DNA of 64,000 nt from Chloroflexota bacterium (lineage in GTDB: Bacteria; Chloroflexota; Dehalococcoidia; UBA2979), in contig PBBA01000006.1 in NCBI GenBank assembly GCA_002716405.1, positions 477,479 to 541,478 on the forward strand, in the 5' to 3' direction. Of this stretch, positions 20,965 through 31,784 are shown piece after piece (the first letter of the stretch is position 1; each line of letters begins with the position of its first letter). A program made the translations under genes and the position numbers. A model generated the notes under the pieces. It made no database searches. It had not been told where the DNA came from and saw only the letters and a list, made by a program, of their open reading frames with translations.

Positions 20965-22032
20965 GTGGGTGGACTTGTAAGCCCTGGAGTATCTCACTCT
21001 GATATTGCTGAAGTTGCTCAATCTGCAGTAGCTAGAATTGTTATACACACTCCAATAATCGATCTCAAAACTTTTTTAGTAGGTGGCTCAATTTATATTC
21101 TTATTACTCATACAGCAGATGAGAATGATAAGCAGATATTATCGATTGCCAAGAATATTATTGATGAGTGTCAAAGTCTTGCAAAGAAATTGAAATTATA
21201 TGTTTACCATGAAAATGTAGGATTAAATTCTTCAGACGATGATTTAAATGGTTTTGGTTTTTCTGTAGCTGAAATAACTTTTGAGGAAAGAGTAAAAGAG
21301 TCCTTGATTTGCTTTATAGGATCTGGCATGGGTTTGGGAGGATTTAATCTTCCTTTGTTTAAAAGTTTTGCTGATCCATTCAATACACCTGGTTTGATTT
21401 TCTCCGATATGTTGCATGAGGGAACTGCTTTTGAAGTGCAAGATGTAATGGAACGTCGCAAGGCAGTCTTTACTAACCCCAATGAATCGTATGATTTGCT
21501 CGCCTATATAGGTATGACAGATAGATTTATTGTACATCGTGTAATTACTCGCGCTGATGGTAAAATTGTAGCAGTCGCATCAACAGATAGACTAAGTGAC
21601 GTGAATGGGTTAAATTCCGGGAATGATACTCCTGTTGCAATTGCCCGGTGTGAAGGCTCATTGCCTACAGTTGGTGAAATTACTGAACCTTATGCTGTCC
21701 CTGCGCTAGTTGTAGGTTCAAATAGAGGTTCTCACTTAGGACCATGTATGCCTGTTAGTATCACGGATTTATCAATTGGTAGATTTGATGGGCCACCTAA
21801 AGTTGCTGCTCTCGGATTTAATCTCGTTGATGGAAAACTAGGCTTGGAAAAAGATATTTTTGCTGATAAGTCGTATGATCGTGCTAGAGAGCAAGCTAAC
21901 TTACTAACAGATATTTTACGTAAACAAGGTCCATTCGAGCCATATCGAGTAAGCCTTGATAACTCTGAGATTCAACAATTACCTGGATTTGTCGCGCAAA
22001 CAGAATCTCGTTGGGTTTCAGTTGGAGAATAA
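20965..22032 (+). CDS. FBP aldolase/phosphatase (class V FBPase) homologue with substituted catalytic motifs; true start uncertain
   Basis: Conserved scaffold motifs FADPFNTPGL, RGSHLGPCMPVS, RFDGPP and QGPFEPYR. Similarity continues upstream of the GTG, where the frame is open from 20899. Confidence 0.65.
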   Translation: MGGLVSPGVSHSDIAEVAQSAVARIVIHTPIIDLKTFLVGGSIYILITHTADENDKQILSIAKNIIDECQSLAKKLKLYVYHENVGLNSSDDDLNGFGFSVAEITFEERVKESLICFIGSGMGLGGFNLPLFKSFADPFNTPGLIFSDMLHEGTAFEVQDVMERRKAVFTNPNESYDLLAYIGMTDRFIVHRVITRADGKIVAVASTDRLSDVNGLNSGNDTPVAIARCEGSLPTVGEITEPYAVPALVVGSNRGSHLGPCMPVSITDLSIGRFDGPPKVAALGFNLVDGKLGLEKDIFADKSYDRAREQANLLTDILRKQGPFEPYRVSLDNSEIQQLPGFVAQTESRWVSVGE

Positions 22033-22635
22033 ATGATTCAATCTCGATTAGTAGTTGCTACATCAAATCAGGGAAAATTGAATGAAATTCGCACATTACT
22101 TGATGATACTAATTGGTTAATATTGGGGTTGGCTGACTTTAATTTACAGGATACCGCTATAATCGAGACAGGTAATTCATACTTAGAGAATGCTTTGGCA
22201 AAAGCTAACCATATTGCTAAATTGACAGGAATAATGACATTAGCTGATGACTCTGGTTTAGAAGTTAATGCATTGGGAGGTAGTCCAGGAGTAGTTACTG
22301 CAAGATTTGGTGGTCCACTTCTAAATGATAATCAAAGATGTCAATATTTGTTAAAATTGCTATCAGATATTCCTAAGCAAAAACGACAAGCATGCTTTCG
22401 TGCTGTCCTTGCAATTAGTGTCCCAGGAGGACTTAGCTTTGCACGAGAAGGTATATTGAAAGGATATATTGCACAAGAAATTCGTGGCGAGAACGGATTT
22501 GGCTATGATCCTATTTTTGAAATCCAAGATGGAAGGACATTAGCTGAAATGGGGACTGAAAAACAGCAAATTAGTCATCGTTTTAAAGCAATAAAAGCAA
22601 TAAAGAAAGTATTATTGGATTTTCATCATGACTGA
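22033..22635 (+). CDS. rdgB: dITP/XTP pyrophosphatase (RdgB/HAM1)
   Basis: VVATSNQGKLNEI, DDSGLEV, FGYDPIF. Confidence 0.88.
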   Translation: MIQSRLVVATSNQGKLNEIRTLLDDTNWLILGLADFNLQDTAIIETGNSYLENALAKANHIAKLTGIMTLADDSGLEVNALGGSPGVVTARFGGPLLNDNQRCQYLLKLLSDIPKQKRQACFRAVLAISVPGGLSFAREGILKGYIAQEIRGENGFGYDPIFEIQDGRTLAEMGTEKQQISHRFKAIKAIKKVLLDFHHD

Positions 22636-23671
22636 TTCACACGATCATATGTCCGACGATAATTTTATTGATTCCTTAGGTAGGCCGTTAAGAGATTTAA
22701 GGATTTCTGTGACCGATCGATGCAATTTTCGATGTCAGTACTGTATGCCTAAAGAAATTTTCGGACCAGAATTTAAATTTTTGCGCCGGCAAGACATTAT
22801 GAGTTTCGAAGAAATTACCCGAATAGCTTCACTGGCTACCAGTTTAGGTGTTAAAAAATTTAGACTTACAGGTGGAGAGCCGTTACTTCGAGCCGATCTA
22901 CATAAACTTATCCGTCAACTTCACAGGATTCCTGATATTGAAATTGCTCTAACCACAAATGGTACTTTACTTAAAAATCATGCTCAATTATTAGCTGAAT
23001 CAGGTTTAGATAGAGTAACAGTCAGTCTAGACTCATTGGATGATCAAATCTTTCGTCAAATGAATGATGTTGATTTTCCTGTTAGGGATGTTTTAGAAGG
23101 GATTGAAGTGGCAGATAGATTTGGCTTGGGCCCAATTAAGGTTAATGCTGTTGTTCGTAAGGATGTTAATGATCATACGCTTCTGGATTTAGCGACATAT
23201 TTCCGCGGGACTCCTCATATTGTCAGATTCATCGAATTTATGGACGTTGGTAATTCTAATGGTTGGGTTATGGATGAAGTGATCCCTTCGAGTAAAGTTC
23301 TTGACCTGATCGGGAATATTTTTCCTTTAGAGCAACTTCCTTCTAATTATAGTGGTGAAGTAGCGAATAGGTTTCGATACAAGGATGGTAAAGGTGAAAT
23401 AGGATTGATCAGTTCTATTACTGCTCCTTTTTGTGAAAATTGTACTCGTGCACGCTTATCTGCAGATGGTAAGTTTTTCACTTGTCTTTTCGCTAGTGGT
23501 GGTACAGATCTTTTGCAGGAGATTCGTTCTGGTGCTACCGATGAACATTTAACTCAGATATTAAGATCTATTTGGTTAAGTAGAGGAGATCGATATTCGG
23601 AGATTAGAACTGAATATATGCGATCACTTCCTGAGGACAAAAAAATAGAGATGTCATACATAGGTGGTTAA
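22628..23671 (+). CDS. moaA: GTP 3',8-cyclase
   Basis: Radical-SAM CNFRCQYC and the C-terminal CENCTRARLSADGKFFTC cluster. Confidence 0.92.
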   Translation: MTDSHDHMSDDNFIDSLGRPLRDLRISVTDRCNFRCQYCMPKEIFGPEFKFLRRQDIMSFEEITRIASLATSLGVKKFRLTGGEPLLRADLHKLIRQLHRIPDIEIALTTNGTLLKNHAQLLAESGLDRVTVSLDSLDDQIFRQMNDVDFPVRDVLEGIEVADRFGLGPIKVNAVVRKDVNDHTLLDLATYFRGTPHIVRFIEFMDVGNSNGWVMDEVIPSSKVLDLIGNIFPLEQLPSNYSGEVANRFRYKDGKGEIGLISSITAPFCENCTRARLSADGKFFTCLFASGGTDLLQEIRSGATDEHLTQILRSIWLSRGDRYSEIRTEYMRSLPEDKKIEMSYIGG

Positions 23672-23693
23672 TTGTACTTAAGGATCAAGCTTT

Positions 23694-24158
23694 ATGTTTT
23701 CACATATTGATGAAAAAGGTAATGCCAAAATGGTAGATATATCGGACAAAGATCATACCGTGCGTATCGCTACTGCTACAGCTTCAATCACAATGCATAA
23801 AGCCACATTAGAAGAAATAGTTGATGGAAATATTCCTAAGGGAAATGTACTTAATACTGCTAAGATTGCCGGGATAATCGCAGCAAAAAAAACACATGAG
23901 TTAATTCCGTTGTGTCATCAAATATTGCTTTCAGGGGTTGATATAGAATTTCATCCAGATCAAAAAAATGCAACTCTAGTAATTAATTCTAGTGTTAGAA
24001 CAACTTATTCAACTGGTGTTGAGATGGAAGCCTTAACAGCAGTGAGTGTTGCAGCTTTGACGATATATGATATGTGTAAGGCGGTAGATAAAAATATGAA
24101 AATTACGAATATTTATTTAGTTTCTAAAACTGGAGGAAAATCAAGTAATACCCAATAA
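23694..24158 (+). CDS. moaC: cyclic pyranopterin monophosphate synthase
   Basis: MVDISDK, ELIPLCHQI, MEALTAVSVAALTIYDMCKA. Confidence 0.92.
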   Translation: MFSHIDEKGNAKMVDISDKDHTVRIATATASITMHKATLEEIVDGNIPKGNVLNTAKIAGIIAAKKTHELIPLCHQILLSGVDIEFHPDQKNATLVINSSVRTTYSTGVEMEALTAVSVAALTIYDMCKAVDKNMKITNIYLVSKTGGKSSNTQ

Positions 24159-24163
24159 TTTTT

Positions 24164-24550
24164 TTATTCTTGAATAGACCCTTTGTTGAGATAGTTAATT
24201 ACTGCTTGGATAGCTGCATATGCATGCGGTATAAATTCTATAGAATCAAGTTCGAGTAAATTTAATTCTTCATTACGAATTTCAGTTGGTGCACTATTCT
24301 TTGCTAGAGCATTATCGTCAAAACTTAAGATTAGTTCATATAGATTTCCCTTTTCACCTACAATGATACAACCAAAATTACTCCCTTTAGGGGGCTCTAC
24401 TTCTATTCCATATGTAAACATTGCTCCAGGGAATGGAGGTAATTGACCTATTTCTGAAGTTAAGTTTATTAGTATTTCTTTGAGTTCATTTGCAGTCCTG
24501 TCAACAATAGCATTAGTGAAAGCTAGCTGTTCAAAGTGAGAGTTAAACAT
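24164..24550 (-). CDS. hypothetical protein
   Basis: 128-aa ORF convergent with moaC. No motif recognised. Confidence 0.5.
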   Translation of the reverse strand: MFNSHFEQLAFTNAIVDRTANELKEILINLTSEIGQLPPFPGAMFTYGIEVEPPKGSNFGCIIVGEKGNLYELILSFDDNALAKNSAPTEIRNEELNLLELDSIEFIPHAYAAIQAVINYLNKGSIQE

Positions 24551-24665
24551 TAGTGCTCCTCGTGCAGTAGTATATTAAGTAGTACTAAGAAATCATGTGA
24601 TTGTAATCTTATAATTCTAAATAATCTGAGTTATCAGTAAATTATTTCTATATTTACGAGGTTTT

Positions 24666-26591
24666 ATGACTATTTGGATAAATTATTATTCTGTTATTGA
24701 TTTGCAAGCCGTGGAAAATGGCCCATGGATTATTGATCAAAAAAATCAACGTAGTGGTCAAGAGGAACGATTGTTGATTTTGGTCGAACCCGTATCTGAT
24801 GATTCTGCTAGCGTTTGTAGTGAAATTGCACAAGCAGTAGCAACGCTTTTTTTTCATGAAAAACTTTCTGTTACTGGTGCTTTATTACGATCGCTGAGGC
24901 AAGCTGACTATAATCTAAAGGAATGGAACAAAAGGTCATTAAGAGAACATCATGTTTCTGTCGGTTTAACTTGTATTGTTGTCGCAGGTAAAGAAGTGAC
25001 TATTGCTCAAGTTGGTCCCAGTCTTGGTTATATAGTTTCAGAAGAACAAGCCAGTCCGTTACGTACTAAAAATTATCCTGCAGCAATTCCTTTAGGTGGA
25101 GATGGGATAATTCAACCTTTATTTTCTAAATTATCTCTGGATGAGGACCATCTCTTTTTTTTGAGTTCCTTTCTGGAAAACACATTAAGTGAAGATGAAT
25201 TGGCATCTTTTCTAAACTCTGATTCATCTCGATGTCTTGGGGAATTATATTCACGAACTCGTGATGTGAAAAACATGGCCGCTATCGTTTTGGCACCGAC
25301 TCATGTAGACGATCTTGTGCAACCTTTGATTCAAGATACAGTTCCCTTAGATAGTGGTTCCGAAAAAATTGTAGCTATAGGCGTTGAGCAAAAAAATAAT
25401 TCTTTGCAATCTCGTAATCCTAAAGATTATCTCAATAAACATAAGCCAAAAAAAATTGGAAGAATCTTTAATTTCCGTAGGGTGTTGATGTCGATTGCGT
25501 TAACTCTGTCTCTAATTGTTATTTCAATGGGGTGGACATTTTTTTCAGGCTTACTGCAAGAAGATATCGTTGCACAATTTGATGAGTCAATTAGTAATGC
25601 TAGAGAATATGTCGAAATTTTCAATGATAATAACGTTATTGAAATTCGTAGGATGGCTTTAGATGATGCACTTACAGAGCTGGAACGAGCTCGAGCGTTA
25701 ATGCCAGAAGATGACAGCGCAAAGTTATTACAGGCACAGATTTTAGATCTAGTCAAAACATTGGATGCGGTAGTAGAGGTGAAAGATTTCGATGCAACTG
25801 CGAGACTAACGGGTATAATTACTACACCTTTCCAGCCTGTCGATATTGTAGTTGGCAGTTCTTTAGTTTGGTTACATGATTCAGCACAAGGCCGTGTATT
25901 TGTGATTAATCAAGATCTTGTTTCTGAATTCATAGAAGTTTATCGAGCTGGTAAGGTTTATGGTTCTATTTCTGCAGGTTATCCTGTGGCCTTAACTTTT
26001 GATTCAACTAATGCACGTCTTTTGTTGATAGACCAATATAGACAGCTTTGGAGCATAGATCGAGATGGCGTTGTTAATTCTTTAACGCTAAGAGGCATTA
26101 ATGAAGTTCAAGATATTACCGCAATAGATACGTTTAAAGGTAATCTTTATCTTTTGGACGCATCTTCTAATGAAGTGTGGCGATATGTACCGGTAGGTGA
26201 AAGCTTTGACTCGGAAAGATCTAGTGTTTTAGGCTCAGTCAGACTTAGCAAACCTTTAGATCTATATGTCGATAAAGCAGTATATGTTTTAGATGATGTA
26301 ACTATTCGTCGTTTTGTACAAGGGATTGAAACTAATAAACTCTTTGAAGGAATCGATAATGTGCCACACGCAATGGACTCTATGATTGGGTCTAGTGAGC
26401 AGGAATTAATTTTTTTGGTTGATAGAGGGAATGGCCGAATTATAGTTAGTGAACAAGGTGGTTTATTTATAAGGCAGTATCGAAGCCCAAAATTTTCCGA
26501 TTTGAGGTCGATTGCCATTTCTCAAGATACAGACTTATTATTTGTATTGACTGGTACAGAATTAAATCTGCTTAGATTAGTTAGTAACTAG
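24666..26591 (+). CDS. hypothetical single-pass membrane protein; PP2C-like (degenerate) N-terminal region and beta-rich extracytoplasmic C-terminal region
   Basis: 641-aa ORF. VGLTCIVVAGKEVTIAQVGPSLGYIV resembles the PP2C ...VANVGDSR... strand pair without the Asp. TM segment VLMSIALTLSLIVISMGWTFF. Confidence 0.6.
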   Translation: MTIWINYYSVIDLQAVENGPWIIDQKNQRSGQEERLLILVEPVSDDSASVCSEIAQAVATLFFHEKLSVTGALLRSLRQADYNLKEWNKRSLREHHVSVGLTCIVVAGKEVTIAQVGPSLGYIVSEEQASPLRTKNYPAAIPLGGDGIIQPLFSKLSLDEDHLFFLSSFLENTLSEDELASFLNSDSSRCLGELYSRTRDVKNMAAIVLAPTHVDDLVQPLIQDTVPLDSGSEKIVAIGVEQKNNSLQSRNPKDYLNKHKPKKIGRIFNFRRVLMSIALTLSLIVISMGWTFFSGLLQEDIVAQFDESISNAREYVEIFNDNNVIEIRRMALDDALTELERARALMPEDDSAKLLQAQILDLVKTLDAVVEVKDFDATARLTGIITTPFQPVDIVVGSSLVWLHDSAQGRVFVINQDLVSEFIEVYRAGKVYGSISAGYPVALTFDSTNARLLLIDQYRQLWSIDRDGVVNSLTLRGINEVQDITAIDTFKGNLYLLDASSNEVWRYVPVGESFDSERSSVLGSVRLSKPLDLYVDKAVYVLDDVTIRRFVQGIETNKLFEGIDNVPHAMDSMIGSSEQELIFLVDRGNGRIIVSEQGGLFIRQYRSPKFSDLRSIAISQDTDLLFVLTGTELNLLRLVSN

Positions 26592-26607
26592 TTAGAGACG
26601 GATATTT

Positions 26608-27609
26608 ATGCGTGTTTTGGCTATTGAAAGTTCATGTGATGAAACAGCGGCGGCGGTTGTAACTGATGGACATTTAATAGAGTCAAATATAGTTGCCTCG
26701 CAGTCAGAATTACACGCACAGTATGGTGGAATAGTTCCTGAAGTAGCTGCAAGGGCACATTTAGGATCTATAATTCCTGTTGTACGTCAGGCTCTTGCTG
26801 ATGCACATGTTGAGTGGCAAGATCTTGATGTAATTTCAGCTACTCGAGGTCCGGGCCTCCCTAGTGCTTTAGTTGTTGGATTTGGTGTCGCTCGTAGCTT
26901 GGCCTTTGGCTTAGGTCTTCCTTTTGTTCCAGTAGATCATATTGAAGGTCATGTTATGGCAAATTGGTTAACTCAAAATGATGAACTAGATGTGCCACTT
27001 TTACCAGCTGTTGCTTTAGTAGTATCTGGAGGTCATACAGAATTATTACTTGTTGAAGAAGGACCGATATTTAAGCGTTTAGGTGGTACACGTGATGATG
27101 CTGCGGGAGAAGCATTTGATAAAGTGGCCCGATTGTTGGGTCTAAGTTACCCCGGTGGACCTGAAATTAGTAAATTTGCCTCTAATGCAGTTGTAAGGAA
27201 GATGCATTTCCCTCGCGCTTGGCTTCGTGGTACAGATGATTTTTCTTTTTCAGGATTGAAAACCGCTGTATATCGTACTGTTGAAGAGTCATCTAACCCT
27301 GATATCAATGAAATTGCATGGGCTTTTCAGGAATCTGTAGTAGATATCCTAAGTAAAAAGGCAATTCGTGCAGCTGAGCGTGAAGGTGCTCAATCCTTAT
27401 TATTGGCCGGGGGGGTTGCAGCAAATAGACGTTTACGTGAAGTTGTTTATGAACGTTCTACCATCCCGGTGCACATACCATTACCAACTTTGTGTACAGA
27501 TAATGCAGCAATGATTGCAGCTGCAACACGTATGGAAATGGCAATTGCCCCAGATAAGCTCATTGATATTGACCCAACTCCTTATAGATCCCGAGTTCAA
27601 AAAAAATAG
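26608..27609 (+). CDS. tsaD: tRNA N6-adenosine threonylcarbamoyltransferase
   Basis: VLAIESSCDETAAAVV and VSGGHTELL motifs. Confidence 0.93.
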   Translation: MRVLAIESSCDETAAAVVTDGHLIESNIVASQSELHAQYGGIVPEVAARAHLGSIIPVVRQALADAHVEWQDLDVISATRGPGLPSALVVGFGVARSLAFGLGLPFVPVDHIEGHVMANWLTQNDELDVPLLPAVALVVSGGHTELLLVEEGPIFKRLGGTRDDAAGEAFDKVARLLGLSYPGGPEISKFASNAVVRKMHFPRAWLRGTDDFSFSGLKTAVYRTVEESSNPDINEIAWAFQESVVDILSKKAIRAAEREGAQSLLLAGGVAANRRLREVVYERSTIPVHIPLPTLCTDNAAMIAAATRMEMAIAPDKLIDIDPTPYRSRVQKK

Positions 27610-27641
27610 TTAATTTTTTTTCATTATTCTTCTCTCTACCA

Positions 27642-27668
27642 CTAGCACTCACCATGGCAGAGTGCTAA
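27642..27668 (+). promoter_or_regulatory. CIRCE operator (HrcA-binding inverted repeat) upstream of groES
   Basis: cTAGCACTC-N9-GAGTGCTAA against the consensus TTAGCACTC-N9-GAGTGCTAA; lies 80 nt upstream of groES. Confidence 0.85.
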
Positions 27669-27747
27669 TATCTTTGTCGGCTCTTAATGGGCTGGTAAAA
27701 TTAGGTTTTATGAGATATTTCAATTTACATATATCTCGAGGAGGCAT

Positions 27748-28050
27748 GTGATTTTGGCCACAAATGTTGTTCCCCTTACTGATCACATCGTGTTGAAGGC
27801 AGTTGAGCAGGAAGAAGTAACTAGTTCCGGATTAGTTATTCCTGATTCAGCAAAAGAAGCTCCTCAGCATGGTCACGTTGTCGCGGTTGGTCCTGGAAAG
27901 TTAAGTGATACTGGACAGATGATCGATATTGATCTTACCGAAGGCGATAATGTTTTATATCAAAAATATACAGGACAGGAAGTAACAGTAGATTCTCAGG
28001 AATATATTGTAATTCGCTTTCAAGATGTCTTGGCTAAGCTCGTAGACTAG
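27748..28050 (+). CDS. groES: co-chaperonin GroES
   Basis: PLTDHIVLK...GLVIPDSAKE...G.VVAVGPG pattern. GAGGAGG precedes the start; a GTG start (or TTG at 27754). Confidence 0.93.
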   Translation: MILATNVVPLTDHIVLKAVEQEEVTSSGLVIPDSAKEAPQHGHVVAVGPGKLSDTGQMIDIDLTEGDNVLYQKYTGQEVTVDSQEYIVIRFQDVLAKLVD

Positions 28051-28059
28051 TTGCAGTAA

Positions 28060-29760
<1,701 letters not shown>

Positions 29761-29783
29761 TTTGTTTTATTGATAGTGAAAAT

Positions 29784-29821
29784 AAAAAAGAGGTGGTTCT
29801 CGGCAATCACCTCTTTTTTTA
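29784..29821. terminator. bidirectional intrinsic terminator between groEL and the convergent M16 peptidase gene
   Basis: A-run, GAGGTG (29790-29795), 12-nt loop, CACCTC (29808-29813), then T7. Confidence 0.75.
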
Positions 29822-29833
29822 TTATGTTATCTG

Positions 29834-31117
29834 TTAACTGAATAAGACCTCTTCAAAAGGTTCGATTGTCTCAAATGGCCCAACAACCGCTAAGAATGTT
29901 TTGTTGGGAGAATAGATTTCTTGGAACAAATTTTGAATATCTTTTGTGGTAACTTTTGCATAATTATCTAAAGCATTTTCTGGTGATAACAACTGTTGTC
30001 CTAATGTAGCTAGTGCTCCATACCACGATGAAACTGCACGAGTATTTTCCATACTTAGTTCAATTCTTGAACGGATAATTGACTTCGCTCTTTCAAGTTC
30101 GAACTCTTCTAATGGGTTTGCTAGTTTTTCTAACTCACTGCGTATATGTGTAACGGCTTTTTCTATGTTTGACGACTCAACACCAGCATATATTCCAAAC
30201 ATACCTGTATCGAGTAATTGAGCTGAATAACTGTGAACGTCATAGCAAAGACCAAGATCTTCTCTTAACTTAAGAAATAATCTTGATGACATACCTTCAC
30301 CTAAGCATATTGAAAATAAATCCAAGGCATATCTTCTTTGGTCAACAGAGCTGATACCGTTCATTCCTATATTGATATGAGTTTGTCCAGTATCTTTCGT
30401 AAGCAATTCACTTCGGTTATTAATAGATGAATGACTTGGGATCCATTGGCTAGGTTGTCCATGTTTCCACTCATCAATTTTCTCACTTATTAATGCTATT
30501 GACTCCTCAGAGTTGATGGCACCTGCAATAGAAATGATGGCATTGTTTGCAACATACTGTTCTTTGTAAGTGTTGATTATTGTTTCCTGAGAAATATTAC
30601 TTACTGATGCTTCGTTACCTGCTATGTCTCTACCATGGGGTTGATTGGGCCATATTAATGAATCTACTAAAAGTGAAGATAATTCTGCAGGGTTATCTTG
30701 TACAGCTGCTAGTTCCTCTAAGATGACACTACGCTCTCTTTCAATTTCTTCATTAAGGCAGAGTGAGTTTTGTACCATATCGAGTAACAGTTCAATGGTC
30801 TCGTAAGTAAATTCATTAGCAACCTTTGCATAGTAACAAGTCATTTCTCGATAAGTTGCTGCATTGATAGTTCCCCCTAAGGAATCTATTGCAAATGATA
30901 TATCTCTAGGTGTTGGTCTCTTAATGGTTCCTTTGAAACAAATATGCTCTAGAAAATGTGAGATTCCTGCTATTTCTGGATGTTTTTCATAACGAGAGCC
31001 TGACTTTATGTAAATAGAGATTCCGACAGATTTTGCGTGAGGTATAGGGGTGACAATTATTTTCGTTCCGTTAGCAGAGGTATATTGATGAGGTTGATAA
31101 AAATTGCTAATGGACAC
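29834..31117 (-). CDS. M16 family (insulinase-like) zinc peptidase
   Basis: HFLEHICFKGT inverted zinc-binding motif (HxxEH). Confidence 0.85.
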   Translation of the reverse strand: MSISNFYQPHQYTSANGTKIIVTPIPHAKSVGISIYIKSGSRYEKHPEIAGISHFLEHICFKGTIKRPTPRDISFAIDSLGGTINAATYREMTCYYAKVANEFTYETIELLLDMVQNSLCLNEEIERERSVILEELAAVQDNPAELSSLLVDSLIWPNQPHGRDIAGNEASVSNISQETIINTYKEQYVANNAIISIAGAINSEESIALISEKIDEWKHGQPSQWIPSHSSINNRSELLTKDTGQTHINIGMNGISSVDQRRYALDLFSICLGEGMSSRLFLKLREDLGLCYDVHSYSAQLLDTGMFGIYAGVESSNIEKAVTHIRSELEKLANPLEEFELERAKSIIRSRIELSMENTRAVSSWYGALATLGQQLLSPENALDNYAKVTTKDIQNLFQEIYSPNKTFLAVVGPFETIEPFEEVLFS

Positions 31118-31121
31118 AGAG

Positions 31122-31769
31122 TTAACTTTCTAGCCAAGAGACATCACCATGTAGATTTGGATCATGTGATTTTGATGCGAAAATAGCATATTCTTCTTTT
31201 GATATAGCGAGAGTAGTATCACTACCATGACCTGGTAAAATCAGAGTACTATCTGGAAGTTGGTAAAGTTTGTTTGTAATTGAAGAGATCTCCTCTTTGA
31301 GTAAATCATTGGAACGGGTTCTTCCAGGTCCTCCCGGGAATAAAGTATCTCCTGTAAATAGTATGCTACCGATATTTATGCAAATTGATCCGGGTGTGTG
31401 TCCAGGGGTATGTATTATCTCTGCTGTTGTATTGCCGATTTCAATTATGTCATTATGATGAAGTTTTTGAATGTTATATTGTTCGTTCAGGTTTGTTTCT
31501 TTAGCGGATGCAAAAACGGGTGCATCAGTATACTTTCGAAGTTCACCGAAACCATTCCAGTGGTCAGCGTGTGAATGCGTTATGATTATACGTTCGACAT
31601 TACGTCCTTTAAGTTCCTCTACTACAGCCTCACTACCTTCAGGTGCATCAATAATCGTTACAGGTAAATTATGCTCTAACGGGCTAATTATGTAGGCATT
31701 ATTGGCTAAAGGCCCTAAATTAGTTAACCGTTTAACTGAAATGGATTCATTAGAATAAATCACGGTCAT
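31122..31769 (-). CDS. MBL-fold metallo-hydrolase (glyoxalase II-like)
   Basis: THSHADHWNG (HxHxDH) and a later HTPGHTPGS. Confidence 0.8.
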   Translation of the reverse strand: MTVIYSNESISVKRLTNLGPLANNAYIISPLEHNLPVTIIDAPEGSEAVVEELKGRNVERIIITHSHADHWNGFGELRKYTDAPVFASAKETNLNEQYNIQKLHHNDIIEIGNTTAEIIHTPGHTPGSICINIGSILFTGDTLFPGGPGRTRSNDLLKEEISSITNKLYQLPDSTLILPGHGSDTTLAISKEEYAIFASKSHDPNLHGDVSWLES

Positions 31770-31784
31770 AAATTTTTATCCTTT

